Part shown: piece by piece, positions 30,503 through 40,852 of the stretch | Numbering within the stretch: position 1 is the stretch's first letter | Layout of the letters: each line of letters begins with the position of its first letter | From: Meyerozyma guilliermondii | Taxonomy: Eukaryota | DNA: 64,000 bases | Assembly (NCBI GenBank): GCA_051546255.1 | Contig: CP128817.1 | Coordinates: forward strand, 868,001-932,000 | Reading direction: 5' to 3' | Made by a program: the position numbers and the translations under genes | Notes under the pieces: generated by a model | The model's input: only the letters and a program-made list of their open reading frames with translations | Databases searched by the model: none | Told to the model about the DNA's origin: nothing

Positions 30503-31615
30503 ATGAACTTGGACACCTACATCAAAAACAGAGACCACTACCTTGCCCTTGGTCTCGAAGGCTCCGCCAACAAGTTGGGAGCGGGTATCATAAAGCATAA
30601 TCGTGGTCCTTTGACCGACAAAAATCGAGCTAAAGTTCTCTCCAATGTCAGAGACACTTATATTACTCCTCCTGGTGAAGGGTTTCTCCCACGAGACACG
30701 GCCCGCCACCACCGCAATTGGGTGGTCAGAGTCATCAAACAAGCCCTTAAGGAAGCTCAGGTTAACGGTGAGGACTTGGATTGCATTTGTTTCACCCAAG
30801 GTCCAGGAATGGGTGCTCCTCTTCAAAGTGTGGTCATCGCTGCCAGAACGCTTTCCCAGCTTTGGCAGGTACCTTTGGTGGGAGTCAACCATTGTGTGGG
30901 CCACATAGAAATGGGAAGAGAAATAACTGGTGCGCAAAACCCCGTGGTGTTGTATGTCAGTGGAGGCAACACCCAGGTCATTGCATACTCAAAACAGCGG
31001 TATAGAATATTTGGCGAAACGTTGGACATCGCCATAGGTAATTGTTTGGACCGGTTTGCTCGGACGCTCAAGATTTCTAACGATCCAGCACCTGGTTACA
31101 ATATTGAACAAATGGCGAAAAAGGGTACTCATTTGGTACCGCTTCCATACACAGTGAAGGGCATGGACTTGTCTATGTCAGGAATCTTGGCTCACATCGA
31201 CTTAATCGCCAAAGATCTTTTTTCAAACAACAAAAATAAAAAACTCGTTGACGAAGAAACTGGCGAACCCATCACCGCCGAAGACTTGTGTTTCTCGCTT
31301 CAAGAAACCTTGTTCTCTATGCTTGTGGAAATCACCGAGAGAGCCATGGCACACGTTCAGAGCAATCAGGTGTTGATAGTGGGTGGTGTGGGGTCCAATG
31401 AACGATTACAGGAGATGATGAAATTGATGGTTTCCGACCGAAAAAACGGGTCGGTTTTTGCTACTGACGAGCGGTTTTGCATAGACAATGGCATTATGAT
31501 TGCCCATGCGGGTCTTTTGGGCTACAGAATGGGACAGAAAAATGAATTGAAAGATACGGTGTGTACTCAGCGGTTCCGCACCGACGATGTGTTTGTCAGT
31601 TGGCGAGATGATTAA
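30503..31615 (+). CDS. KAE1: tRNA N6-threonylcarbamoyltransferase Kae1 (KEOPS)
   Basis: [42 protein letters not shown]. Confidence 0.97.
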   Translation: MNLDTYIKNRDHYLALGLEGSANKLGAGIIKHNRGPLTDKNRAKVLSNVRDTYITPPGEGFLPRDTARHHRNWVVRVIKQALKEAQVNGEDLDCICFTQGPGMGAPLQSVVIAARTLSQLWQVPLVGVNHCVGHIEMGREITGAQNPVVLYVSGGNTQVIAYSKQRYRIFGETLDIAIGNCLDRFARTLKISNDPAPGYNIEQMAKKGTHLVPLPYTVKGMDLSMSGILAHIDLIAKDLFSNNKNKKLVDEETGEPITAEDLCFSLQETLFSMLVEITERAMAHVQSNQVLIVGGVGSNERLQEMMKLMVSDRKNGSVFATDERFCIDNGIMIAHAGLLGYRMGQKNELKDTVCTQRFRTDDVFVSWRDD

Positions 31616-31702
31616 TCGTCGATTTGTGGTCACGAAGTGACCACAAATGACATAAAGACGCTGACAATAACTCATAAAAACGCTTTTATGACGGAATGGG
31701 TA

Positions 31703-31802
31703 CCATAAGTCATCATGAACCATAAGATCATCAACCATAAAATCATCAACCATAAAATTATCATTGCTTTTCAAATTATCATTGACCATAAAATCACCAT
31801 CG
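31703..31802 (+). repeat. Degenerate 15-18 bp intergenic tandem repeat (ATCATCAACCATAAA-like)
   Basis: ccataagtcatcatgaaccataagatcatcaaccataaaatcatcaaccataaaattatc... Confidence 0.6.
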
Positions 31803-32019
31803 AACATGATTTTTATTGACGATAAGGTGATTGTCGACCCTACCGATAACCCAAAGCAACCATTGACCAGATTTGCATTCAGTGCCTAGCACTTATAAAT
31901 ACTCAATTGAGACCAGTAATGAAACTTTACAACCCTTGCCTTGCTCATGGCACCGCCCACGGTTATTGACCCGACGGCACCGCCAATATCAATCGGTTTT
32001 CAAAGACATCCATGACTTT

Positions 32020-32883
32020 CTACTTGTGGGTGCCAGATACGAACTGGACATCTTGGCTTAAAAAAGACACTATTGCTGGTTTCAACGGTCCCTCACGTAG
32101 TGTAGAGTTGCTTGTAGTCAATTGGCATCCCCGTAGAAGACTGGCTAATTTTCTGACTTTGGTTCCGTCCCATTTGGAAGCACTTTTCTTGTAGTCGTGA
32201 TTAACTGCGCTAATAGCAGATACACTATTTTCAAATATTACCTGTGCTTTATCGTACCGCTCGTTTGGGTCTCGAGGTACCATCAGCACCGAAGTAACAG
32301 GACCAAAAATTGACATAATTTCAGCTACAACCTCTGAAGTGAAAAGTCCATCGAGTTCTGGTTTTCTTTTCCATGAAACTATGCAAGGTTCAGCCACCAG
32401 TTTCTCATCCCAAATTGATACTCTCGGTCCATCGAGCTGGCTCGAGGATACATAGCCCGGAGCACTCTTTCGTACTCTTTTTTCAAGTTCTTGTCTTTTT
32501 TTCAAACCCTCTTCACGTAATTTTTCAGTATTTTGTGGGGTAGACAGATGCGGTTTTCGGTGCTGTTCTTCAGCGAATGCAAGTTTTTCACGGAAAGCTT
32601 TTATTTGTTCCGAAGCTTCGTTTGTGTTTCTTTCCTTGGTTAGCCGCGCTCTTCGTATCCTGTCGTATTCCAGCCGTAAAGTGTTGTTATTCAAAATTTC
32701 ATAAATGTGAGAAAGGGTGTGAAATTTCTCTGCGGCCTGTGGCGATGGGTCTTTGTCCGGATGGAACTCTAGGGCCTTTCTACGGTACTGTGAACGTATC
32801 TCAGACCCTGTGGCATCGCTGGAGACCCCGAGAAACTCATAGATATCGACTTGCCCCGAGGCAATGGCAGATAAGATATCCAT
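32020..32883 (-). CDS. CWC23: J-domain splicing factor Cwc23
   Basis: N-terminal J domain (YRRKALEFHPDK), coiled coil, and a degenerate RRM-like C-terminus (IMSIFGPVTSV). Confidence 0.75.
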   Translation of the reverse strand: MDILSAIASGQVDIYEFLGVSSDATGSEIRSQYRRKALEFHPDKDPSPQAAEKFHTLSHIYEILNNNTLRLEYDRIRRARLTKERNTNEASEQIKAFREKLAFAEEQHRKPHLSTPQNTEKLREEGLKKRQELEKRVRKSAPGYVSSSQLDGPRVSIWDEKLVAEPCIVSWKRKPELDGLFTSEVVAEIMSIFGPVTSVLMVPRDPNERYDKAQVIFENSVSAISAVNHDYKKSASKWDGTKVRKLASLLRGCQLTTSNSTLREGPLKPAIVSFLSQDVQFVSGTHK

Positions 32884-32940
32884 GATTTTCGCGATGAGAA
32901 ATTTTTGTCAATACATTTATGCCTAATCTACAACTTTTAT

Positions 32941-33758
32941 CTAAGCCTTAATAGTTCTCAAGCCGTGGTTGGATCTAAAGATGGCATCTCCCTCGGCGTA
33001 ACCTCTTCCCAATCCGAAACCAACACCCAACCAAACGGGGAAAGCTCTTCTTCTAAAAAAGAGCACCGAAGCCAAGACACCTCCTCCGAAACCAAGACCG
33101 GTTTTGATCAAGGTGTTGGAGAGAACGACGTCCCACTGTGTTAGTAGGAAAGAATAGAAAAAATGGAAAGAATGGGTGAAATGGGAAAGAATGAAATAAT
33201 AGGGAAGCAATGGGAATCGATCAAAGGAACGGGAAGCAGTTAGGAATGGATGAAAGGAAACCATTACAGTTTTTCTAGTTCGTCAATGGATGTGACAATG
33301 CCCCAATTGGCTTCGACTGGCATGAACTGCGATTTTTAAAGTGGTCACAGCAAGAAAGAACTGCTAAATGTGGACTTTTTCGAGAAAAACGATCGAAAGT
33401 GATTAACTAGTATGGTGAGCTGGTCATATTGAGTATTCTAGTCGCTTCTTTCTTGTCGATTACTTCTTTCGTGTCTTTTTCATCTCAATTATCGTCCGAT
33501 AATTCTTTCCACTGGACAATTTCCCACAAAAATGTTAAATTGTGCCACAAAAATGTATAATTGGTAGTTCTGTATCATTTTCCATGTTCAAAAACCCACT
33601 TTTCTTCACCGCTGGGTTCAATAATTCCACTACAAATTCATCCACTATTTCACCCTATCGCAACACCAGTCCCCGTTGCTCAAAACACTTCAAAGTCGTT
33701 TACATACCTTATCATTCAACAAGTTCTGCGATGGAGTAGCAACTTTCTGGTCAGACAT
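32941..33758 (-). CDS. MIC10: MICOS subunit Mic10; join(33708..33758,32941..33135), 572-nt intron
   Basis: Exon 1 [23 protein letters not shown], then branch TACTAAC and CAG acceptor at 33136. Exon 2 [50 protein letters not shown]. Confidence 0.93.
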
Positions 33759-34288
33759 ACTTGCTACGATTCTAGCCACGAAACAGGTCTTGGAATTGTC
33801 GCAGTTGATTTTGGTTGGTCGACGAGCGTCGCGTGCGGGTCACATGAGCGAGCGGAACCGTGCGATCGAAAGGGAAATTAGTAGGTAGCGAGGAAATGAG
33901 TAGAGATAGGGAGGAAATGCAATAAATGATTTGTGTTACTTGTAAGGGTAATTTATGGAGGCATGAGTAGTCGAGGGTCGTAGAACATGTGAATGTGTTT
34001 ATCTTGCTTTTTGGTGTCTTTTCAGCGGAATTGACTAATATGTTGCACCAGTACCCGGAGCTCTAGCGAGCATTTAGCGAGAATCTCTCATATGTCTAGG
34101 GAGGATCGTAGCGAGGATGCGCCGGCAGTTCGCGGGAGTTCCCACTTCTCGCTACTCCCACCGTGAAATTCGCATTTCTCGCTATTCGCACAGTTCGCAT
34201 TTCTCACTGCAGTGCCTTTGTCGCTATTTGCAGTCCACTCCACACCTTATCTTCCAACGCGCAGCTTCATCCTGTTCTTCCTTCCGGA

Positions 34289-37200
34289 ATGAAAGACAAG
34301 CGTGGGCGTTCCAAGACAAAGAAAACATGTCTATCGTCACACAGGGAGTCGTCTCCTCCCTCCACCAGAGTCAGAACGGTTCCTACAACGCCGTTGGATC
34401 GCACTCATCTTCTCCCCAAAAGAAGCCAAGGTCGTAGTAGACTCAACAAAATCAAGTCGCTCAGCAGAATCGAGATCCGCTCCCAGCTCCCGCGGCTCTC
34501 GGTGCTTCTGACGCCGTTGGAGGGCCCGTCACGGAAAAACGACGAACAAACGTCTCTCCGGTCAGCGTCGTCTCGCTACTCGTTCGCACTGCGACTACTC
34601 AGTATTGTCCCTAATGTGTTCCATGCCACCAGAAATTACTATAACGACTTCACCACGATCGACTGGGCTACGGCTTTTTTGCTGGCGAACAGGTTCAACT
34701 TTGAACTCAGCCACCGCCATTGGATTGTGAACGATGGTTTGGACGAAACCTCCGAAACTGGCGAGTCGAAAATTCCTTACTACTACAAAGCATACTTGAT
34801 CCTGGGCAAATGGGTGCTCATAGTGGCCATTGGATTCTTGTTCTCGCTTATTGCCTTCACCATCGACAAAATTGAAATTTTGCTCGTTGGGTTCAAACAT
34901 GGCTATTGTCGCAACAACTGGTTTGCAAGCCAGGTTAGCTGCTGTAACGAGCCCGTCAAGAAGAACGTGTTTAAATCGGGACTGGTGTTCACCACCAATA
35001 CCAAGTGCCCGGATTGGGTGACTTGGGCCAACTTTTTCCAAGATCTTCCCTTCACCTCGGTCAGAATCGATTTTGTCATTTATGTGATGCTCACATTAAT
35101 TTTGGCATTTTTGGCGTGCTCCGTCACCCTCACCACCAACATCGCCAGCCGCCGTGTGTTTGTCAAGCTGGAGTCTGACGAAGCCATGGTCCAATCCAGC
35201 TCGTCGTCTCTCGAAATTGACGAAACCACCGGTGTGGAATACCACGAAAAATACCCTTTTGGAAGATTGAACATGTACACTGCGTGTGGCTCGGGTGTTC
35301 CTGAAGTCAAGACGATTCTATCGGGTTTCGTCATTCGTCGTTTTCTCGGAACTTATACGCTCGTAGCCAAGACCATAGCGTTGATCTTTGCAATTGCTTC
35401 CGGTATGGCGTTGGGTAAAGAGGGTCCCTACGTCCACCTCGCGACCTGTGTGGGAAACATCATGACTCGGTTTGTGCCGTATGTCAAAAATAATGACTTT
35501 ATGAAGAAACAAATACTCTCGGCAAGCGCTTCTTCTGGAGTGGCTTTAGCCTTTGGCTCCCCACTCGGTGGAGTTTTGTTCATCCTTGAGGAAATCAACC
35601 ATTATCTTCCATCGCATCAGCTCTTCCAGGTGTTTTTCTGTGCCATCACATCGACGCTCTTTCTCAAGTTTTTGAACCCTTATGGAACAGGAAAAACGGT
35701 TCTTTTCGAGTTGAAATACACCTCAGATTGGGAAACGGTGGAGCTTCTTTTCTTCATCTTTCTTGGAGCTGCTGGAGGCGCTTTTGGAGCGTGCTTTGTA
35801 AAGTTCACTGGGTGGTGGGGAAAGACTTTCCGCAAACTAAAACCGATAAATGGACATCCTATCTTTGAGGTGTTTTTGGTGTCTTTAATTACCGGCATTG
35901 TCTCGTTTTGGAACCCATACACAATCCAAGCGTCTTCGGAATTGGTTCTAGATCTCGCTACCCCATGTTCCACCGAACTTGACCTGAGCTTGTGTCCTAC
36001 CATTCATGGCGAATTTGTTCGTGAGATCAAAAGCCTCATTTTTGCATTTATTGTCAAGCTAGTGTTGACTTTTATCACTTTTGGACTCAAGGTTCCCTGT
36101 GGTATCTATGTGCCTTCGATGGTAGTAGGAGCGTTGTTTGGTCGAATTGTTGGAATGTTCATTCAATGGTGCAATTATTCCTTCAACCTTGCTGTGCCAG
36201 CCGATGGCTTGGCCACCTCAACTTCGATAATGAGGTACATTTGCTCACCAGATTCGTCCAATAACGATTGCGTGGACTTGGGAATTTACTCTATGATTAG
36301 TGCTGGAGCATTTATGGCTGGTGTAACCAGAATGAATATTGCTCTAGTCACCATTCTCTTTGAACTCACAAGCTCATACACCTATGTTTTGCCAATCTCA
36401 ATAGCCATTGCCGTTGCGAATTGGGTTGGAAGTGTGCTAGAGAAAAACTCGCTTTACGAGTCTCTCCTCATACAGAACGACTACCCATTCATGTCTTCTG
36501 AGACTGAGCCTATAGACCCATTTGTCAAAACTCGAGACATTATAGACGATAGCGAAGTTTATGACTGGACTGAACATTCCAATTATGACACCCACAAGTC
36601 AAGAAGAGGCACCAATCCTTCCAGTCTCCAAAACTCACCATTGGTGCTGGCTGGTGGAATGAAGGTGAACCAATTGGCTCGAGTTTCAAATCATGTCTAC
36701 GACAGTGACAAACTTTACATTGATATCAGTGACTCGGTCCATGTTCCCATGTCATATTTGAAACTGAAACTTCATATGCTTGCAGACAAGTACCTTCTAG
36801 ATGGGTGTATTCCACTTATCAGGCATCATGTATGCGTTGGGCTCATCTACTTTTCTGAGCTCGAATACTCACTTGATAAGCTCGCTGAGTTCTGCCTTCA
36901 AAATGAAGTGGTAGAAGATCTTGTGTGCAAATTGGCAGAAGACGACGGTGATGAAAGCAGAGATCTCAACTATAACATTCTAAGACAAAAACTAGAGTTT
37001 TCAAAGCGGCAAGCGGGAGTTCAATTGGATTACTTCAACTATGGTTCCCATGAAGAATACGATGACATGAACGAAGAGCTCTCCAACCTCACAAACACCT
37101 TGGAGTCTTTGTCTGACCTCACGTGCTTCGTCGACTATTCTCCTATCTTCTTGAGCTACGATTCTGAGTTGGCGTTGGCACATCTTATTTTCGATCGAAT

Positions 37201-37297
37201 TGGAAACCGGGTGATTGTGTTGTTGAAGGATGGAAAGTATTATGGGGTTTTGCATAAGAAGGTGTTGATTGATTACTGCCGGCAGGCGGAGACATAA
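34289..37297 (+). CDS. CLC-family anion/H+ exchanger (Gef1/Gef2-like) with long basic N-terminus
   Basis: CLC signatures GSGVPE, GKEGP, FILEE, GIYVP and SLYE. First ATG at 34289. Paralog identity not resolved. Confidence 0.9.
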   Translation: MKDKRGRSKTKKTCLSSHRESSPPSTRVRTVPTTPLDRTHLLPKRSQGRSRLNKIKSLSRIEIRSQLPRLSVLLTPLEGPSRKNDEQTSLRSASSRYSFALRLLSIVPNVFHATRNYYNDFTTIDWATAFLLANRFNFELSHRHWIVNDGLDETSETGESKIPYYYKAYLILGKWVLIVAIGFLFSLIAFTIDKIEILLVGFKHGYCRNNWFASQVSCCNEPVKKNVFKSGLVFTTNTKCPDWVTWANFFQDLPFTSVRIDFVIYVMLTLILAFLACSVTLTTNIASRRVFVKLESDEAMVQSSSSSLEIDETTGVEYHEKYPFGRLNMYTACGSGVPEVKTILSGFVIRRFLGTYTLVAKTIALIFAIASGMALGKEGPYVHLATCVGNIMTRFVPYVKNNDFMKKQILSASASSGVALAFGSPLGGVLFILEEINHYLPSHQLFQVFFCAITSTLFLKFLNPYGTGKTVLFELKYTSDWETVELLFFIFLGAAGGAFGACFVKFTGWWGKTFRKLKPINGHPIFEVFLVSLITGIVSFWNPYTIQASSELVLDLATPCSTELDLSLCPTIHGEFVREIKSLIFAFIVKLVLTFITFGLKVPCGIYVPSMVVGALFGRIVGMFIQWCNYSFNLAVPADGLATSTSIMRYICSPDSSNNDCVDLGIYSMISAGAFMAGVTRMNIALVTILFELTSSYTYVLPISIAIAVANWVGSVLEKNSLYESLLIQNDYPFMSSETEPIDPFVKTRDIIDDSEVYDWTEHSNYDTHKSRRGTNPSSLQNSPLVLAGGMKVNQLARVSNHVYDSDKLYIDISDSVHVPMSYLKLKLHMLADKYLLDGCIPLIRHHVCVGLIYFSELEYSLDKLAEFCLQNEVVEDLVCKLAEDDGDESRDLNYNILRQKLEFSKRQAGVQLDYFNYGSHEEYDDMNEELSNLTNTLESLSDLTCFVDYSPIFLSYDSELALAHLIFDRIGNRVIVLLKDGKYYGVLHKKVLIDYCRQAET

Positions 37298-37698
37298 GAA
37301 AGAACTAAGCATGGTATTGAATATGAATACTGAATTTACATCAAACGTTTTCATTGTATATTCTCTCTGATATCGAAATTTTCGCAAATTGCAAAAAATG
37401 AAATATTCATAAAAATACTAAATATTCTTCAACCGCAGAACGAAACTAATCAGTGAATTGATATGAAGTAGTAAGTATATTGAAGCATTCCCCAACTAAA
37501 CTTATAATACAAAATCGGGGAAGCAAAATCGGTATATTGATGAAAATTTGAATTTCAAATTTTTCATAAAAATTGCTAATTGTCAATTGCCAATTATCTA
37601 ATTGAACAGTCCAAGACCGAACGGCCGCCGTTTCATCCTCGTATTCTTGACACATCTTGTTACAATGTTGCAACTACATATACGGTGCGGCGCAGTGC

Positions 37699-38745
37699 AT
37701 GGGTGTTCCTGCAGCTGACATACCACATTTGCAGCCACTGCAATATAAAAGCAGCCAATTTTCCCCCCTAAACAAAACTCATCAAATGCCACCAAAGATG
37801 GAGAAATTGGTAGATTTGGACTACGCCAACAACTATGTGCATTCAGGGACCCTTCCTGTCACCTATATAAGCAACGTGGAGAACGCAACTCAAGGGTATC
37901 CAAGATTACAAAAACTCAAAGATTTGAAAAAAGACCAAATTCTGAAACACGCAATTACTCCTTGTGGAGCAAGGGTCCGATCTCAGGATATAGTCAGCAC
38001 CCTTCATACGTGGATTCATGAGTACAATCTACAATTTGATGTGGTGATGATTGGAGCTTTGGTGGATAATCAATTCATCCGTCCAATTCTCGAACAGCTT
38101 CCGTTGCATCGTCTTTGTGCCAAACCGGGATTTCTCTTCGTATGGGCAACATCCCGTAAGATTCAGGAGCTCAGTAAGATTCTCGCGGGCGAACAATGGA
38201 ACAAAAAGTTTCGTCGGTCGGAAGAACTTGTGTTTGTTACCATCGACAAGTCGTCGCCTTATTACCCGGGAAACGATAGCTACAGTAACCCGGATTGCAT
38301 GTTTGAGAACCAACAGTGGCACTGCTGGATGTGTATCACCGGAACCGTCAGAAGGTCCACCGACAACCATTTAATTCATTGCAACGTTGACACCGATCTC
38401 CAATTGGAGCCAAGAAAGACAACAATTGCTGAATATAACGCGGTCCCGGATACAATGTACCGAGTTGCAGAGAACTTTTCCAACGCCAACCGCCGCTTGC
38501 ATATCATTCCATCGAGAACTGGATATAATACCCCAGTTCGGTTGCGTCGCGGATGGGTGATCATGAGTCCCGACGTCATGGTCAACAACTTTAATCCCCT
38601 ACAATACGAACAAGAGCTCTATTCAAAGTCTACAGTGAAGTTTAAGAACGGGAGCCATTCGGGACCTCAAGTGCTCGTTCCGCAAACAAAAGAAATCGAG
38701 GATCTTAGACCCAAAAGTCCAGTACCAAATGGAGCATCCAACTGA
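37699..38745 (+). CDS. KAR4: Karyogamy protein Kar4 (MT-A70 family)
   Basis: DYANNYVHSG.LP, FDVVMIGALVDNQF, RLCAKPGFLFVWA, KKFRRSEELVFV, WHCWMCITGTVRRSTD.HLIHCNVDTD. Start codon uncertain (37699 or a downstream ATG). Confidence 0.9.
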   Translation: MGVPAADIPHLQPLQYKSSQFSPLNKTHQMPPKMEKLVDLDYANNYVHSGTLPVTYISNVENATQGYPRLQKLKDLKKDQILKHAITPCGARVRSQDIVSTLHTWIHEYNLQFDVVMIGALVDNQFIRPILEQLPLHRLCAKPGFLFVWATSRKIQELSKILAGEQWNKKFRRSEELVFVTIDKSSPYYPGNDSYSNPDCMFENQQWHCWMCITGTVRRSTDNHLIHCNVDTDLQLEPRKTTIAEYNAVPDTMYRVAENFSNANRRLHIIPSRTGYNTPVRLRRGWVIMSPDVMVNNFNPLQYEQELYSKSTVKFKNGSHSGPQVLVPQTKEIEDLRPKSPVPNGASN

Positions 38746-39454
38746 ATTAGTATTTGTCAAGTAAAGCCATGCTCAGATAGGTTGATGAATGTTGGAAACG
38801 AAATTCTCAGCATTGTAAGACTCTGAGTGAGCTGAGTTGGTATCATCATAACATGAAAACTTACGTTTTTGTTTTGCAGAGTTTGCATCGCATCGACTCT
38901 GATATTAGCACGGGCGGGTAACGGCAGCGGTGTGCGGGCGGTATCCCCAATCCGGATTAGAGAGGGGCGGACCTGCAAAATGTCGCCGGCGGAGCCCGAC
39001 CGCGACGGAGCCGAGGCATCGGAGAATATCGGAGAACACGCACCGATCCCCATGGTGTTGCGGCGCTTTTATGAGCCACACAATGGTGTTACGGGCATGT
39101 CGGTAGCCAATTGAGATAGGGTCAATCCTGATTTCGGATGAGAATACCGTTTTCGTATCCGATTGCAAGAACCGATGAAAAGAGAATAAGTCAAAAGCCT
39201 GAAAACGAACCACAATTGCTGATCTGCCAATTGCTATTCTACATACTAACCTACTATGCTATTCTACACTGCTACCGTCGCTTTCCGTTCTGTTTTTCTT
39301 TGCTTCCGGCTGGTTGTCGCACCTGCATTCGGACTCGAATTTTTTTGTCCTGATTATAGAGGTGCGGGGACACTACCCCGGCCTTCCCCAGATTTCCCGC
39401 CGGGGTATATATATAAGCCGGTCTGCCCATTCTTGCCGCGTTACAACTTTGAAA

Positions 39455-40684
39455 ATGTCCTCAAAAATCACAGTTAAGAATCCCATCGTGGAGATGGATG
39501 GTGATGAGATGACCAGAATTATCTGGAAGTTCATCAAGGACAAGCTCATCACTCCATATTTGGACGTGGATTTAAAGTACTACGATCTTGGAATCGAGTA
39601 CCGTGATCAGACTGATGACAAAGTCACCACCGATGCTGCTGATGCTATTCTCAAGTATGGAGTTGGTGTCAAGTGTGCTACCATTACTCCCGATGAGGCT
39701 CGTGTGAAAGAATTCAACCTTAAAAAAATGTGGCTTTCTCCCAATGGAACTTTGCGTAATATTCTCGGAGGAACTGTTTTCAGAGAACCAATTGTGATTG
39801 ACAACATTCCAAGAGTTGTGCCCACATGGGAACAGCCCATCATCATTGGTCGTCATGCTTATGGTGATCAGTACAAGGCAACCGATGTTGTGATTCCGCA
39901 GGCTGGAGAATTGAGCTTGGTGTTCAAGCCGGCAGACGGTTCTGAGACGAAAACCTATCCAGTTTTCAACTATAAGGCTCCCGGAGTGGCACTTTCGATG
40001 TACAACACCGATGAGTCCATCACTGATTTCGCCGAATCGTCGTTCCAATTGGCGTTGCAGCGTAAGATGAATTTGTTTTCTTCGACCAAAAACACCATTC
40101 TCAAACGTTACGATGGAAGATTTAAGGATATCTTTGAGGGTTTGTACGAGTCCAAGTATAAGAAACTCTTTGACGAGGCAGGAATCTGGTACGAACACAG
40201 ACTTATTGATGACATGGTGGCTCAGATGTTGAAGTCCAAGGGTGGCTATATCATTGCCATGAAGAACTACGATGGAGATGTGCAATCAGACATTGTTGCA
40301 CAAGGTTTTGGATCGCTTGGTTTGATGACTTCGGTGTTGATGACTCCAGATGGAAAGGCATTCGAAGCCGAAGCTGCTCATGGAACCGTCACCCGTCATT
40401 ACAGACAACACCAACAAGGCAAGGAGACGTCGACAAACTCCATTGCTTCCATATATGCTTGGACGAGAGGAATTATTCAAAGAGGTATTCTTGACGAAAC
40501 CCCAGAAGTAGTGAAGTTTGGTGAGGCATTGGAGAAGGCTGTGATTGACACAGTATCCAAGGACGGAATCATGACCAAGGACCTTGCTTTGACCCAGGGT
40601 AAGACCGACCGCTCGTCGTATGTTACTACTGAAGAGTTTATTGATGCAGTCAAGGTGAGATTAGACAAGAACCTTGCTAAATAG
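39455..40684 (+). CDS. IDP2: NADP-dependent isocitrate dehydrogenase, non-mitochondrial type
   Basis: [39 protein letters not shown]. No presequence; TATATATAAG about 45 nt upstream. Confidence 0.9.
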   Translation: MSSKITVKNPIVEMDGDEMTRIIWKFIKDKLITPYLDVDLKYYDLGIEYRDQTDDKVTTDAADAILKYGVGVKCATITPDEARVKEFNLKKMWLSPNGTLRNILGGTVFREPIVIDNIPRVVPTWEQPIIIGRHAYGDQYKATDVVIPQAGELSLVFKPADGSETKTYPVFNYKAPGVALSMYNTDESITDFAESSFQLALQRKMNLFSSTKNTILKRYDGRFKDIFEGLYESKYKKLFDEAGIWYEHRLIDDMVAQMLKSKGGYIIAMKNYDGDVQSDIVAQGFGSLGLMTSVLMTPDGKAFEAEAAHGTVTRHYRQHQQGKETSTNSIASIYAWTRGIIQRGILDETPEVVKFGEALEKAVIDTVSKDGIMTKDLALTQGKTDRSSYVTTEEFIDAVKVRLDKNLAK

Positions 40685-40852
40685 AGGAAGCAGAAGATAA
40701 CTTATTTATAGGAAAGCTGGTCAAAAGATTTAGGAAACAAAAATCATAGCACTAAACATAACATCTAGCTTTTCCTCTTCCTTTTCCTCTCTCTCGCTCT
40801 TCCCACCCGTACACCACATCCTGACAAGAAACAATTCACAACTTCCACGCCA

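Noticed and set aside
31406..31807. 133-aa ORF with MVDDF repeats
   Set aside because: Produced by the intergenic tandem repeat and overlaps KAE1 antisense.
33258..33272. AAACTGTAATGGTTT on the minus strand resembles the 5' Alu motif of fungal SRP RNA
   Set aside because: It is followed by only about 120 nt of pyrimidine-rich intron tail, with no room for the S-domain helices.
34289..37297. Functional anion-transport cluster of the CLC gene with BOR1
   Set aside because: Separated by seven unrelated genes; proximity is probably coincidental.
39244..39454. TACTAAC and a 47-codon open extension upstream of IDP2, suggesting an alternative targeting exon
   Set aside because: No consensus donor, the next AG is over 100 nt away, and a TATA box lies inside the extension.
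40682..40711. Stop-codon readthrough of IDP2 to a cryptic PTS1
   Set aside because: The TAG AGG context is not a readthrough motif, and the extension (RKQKITYL) is not a PTS1.
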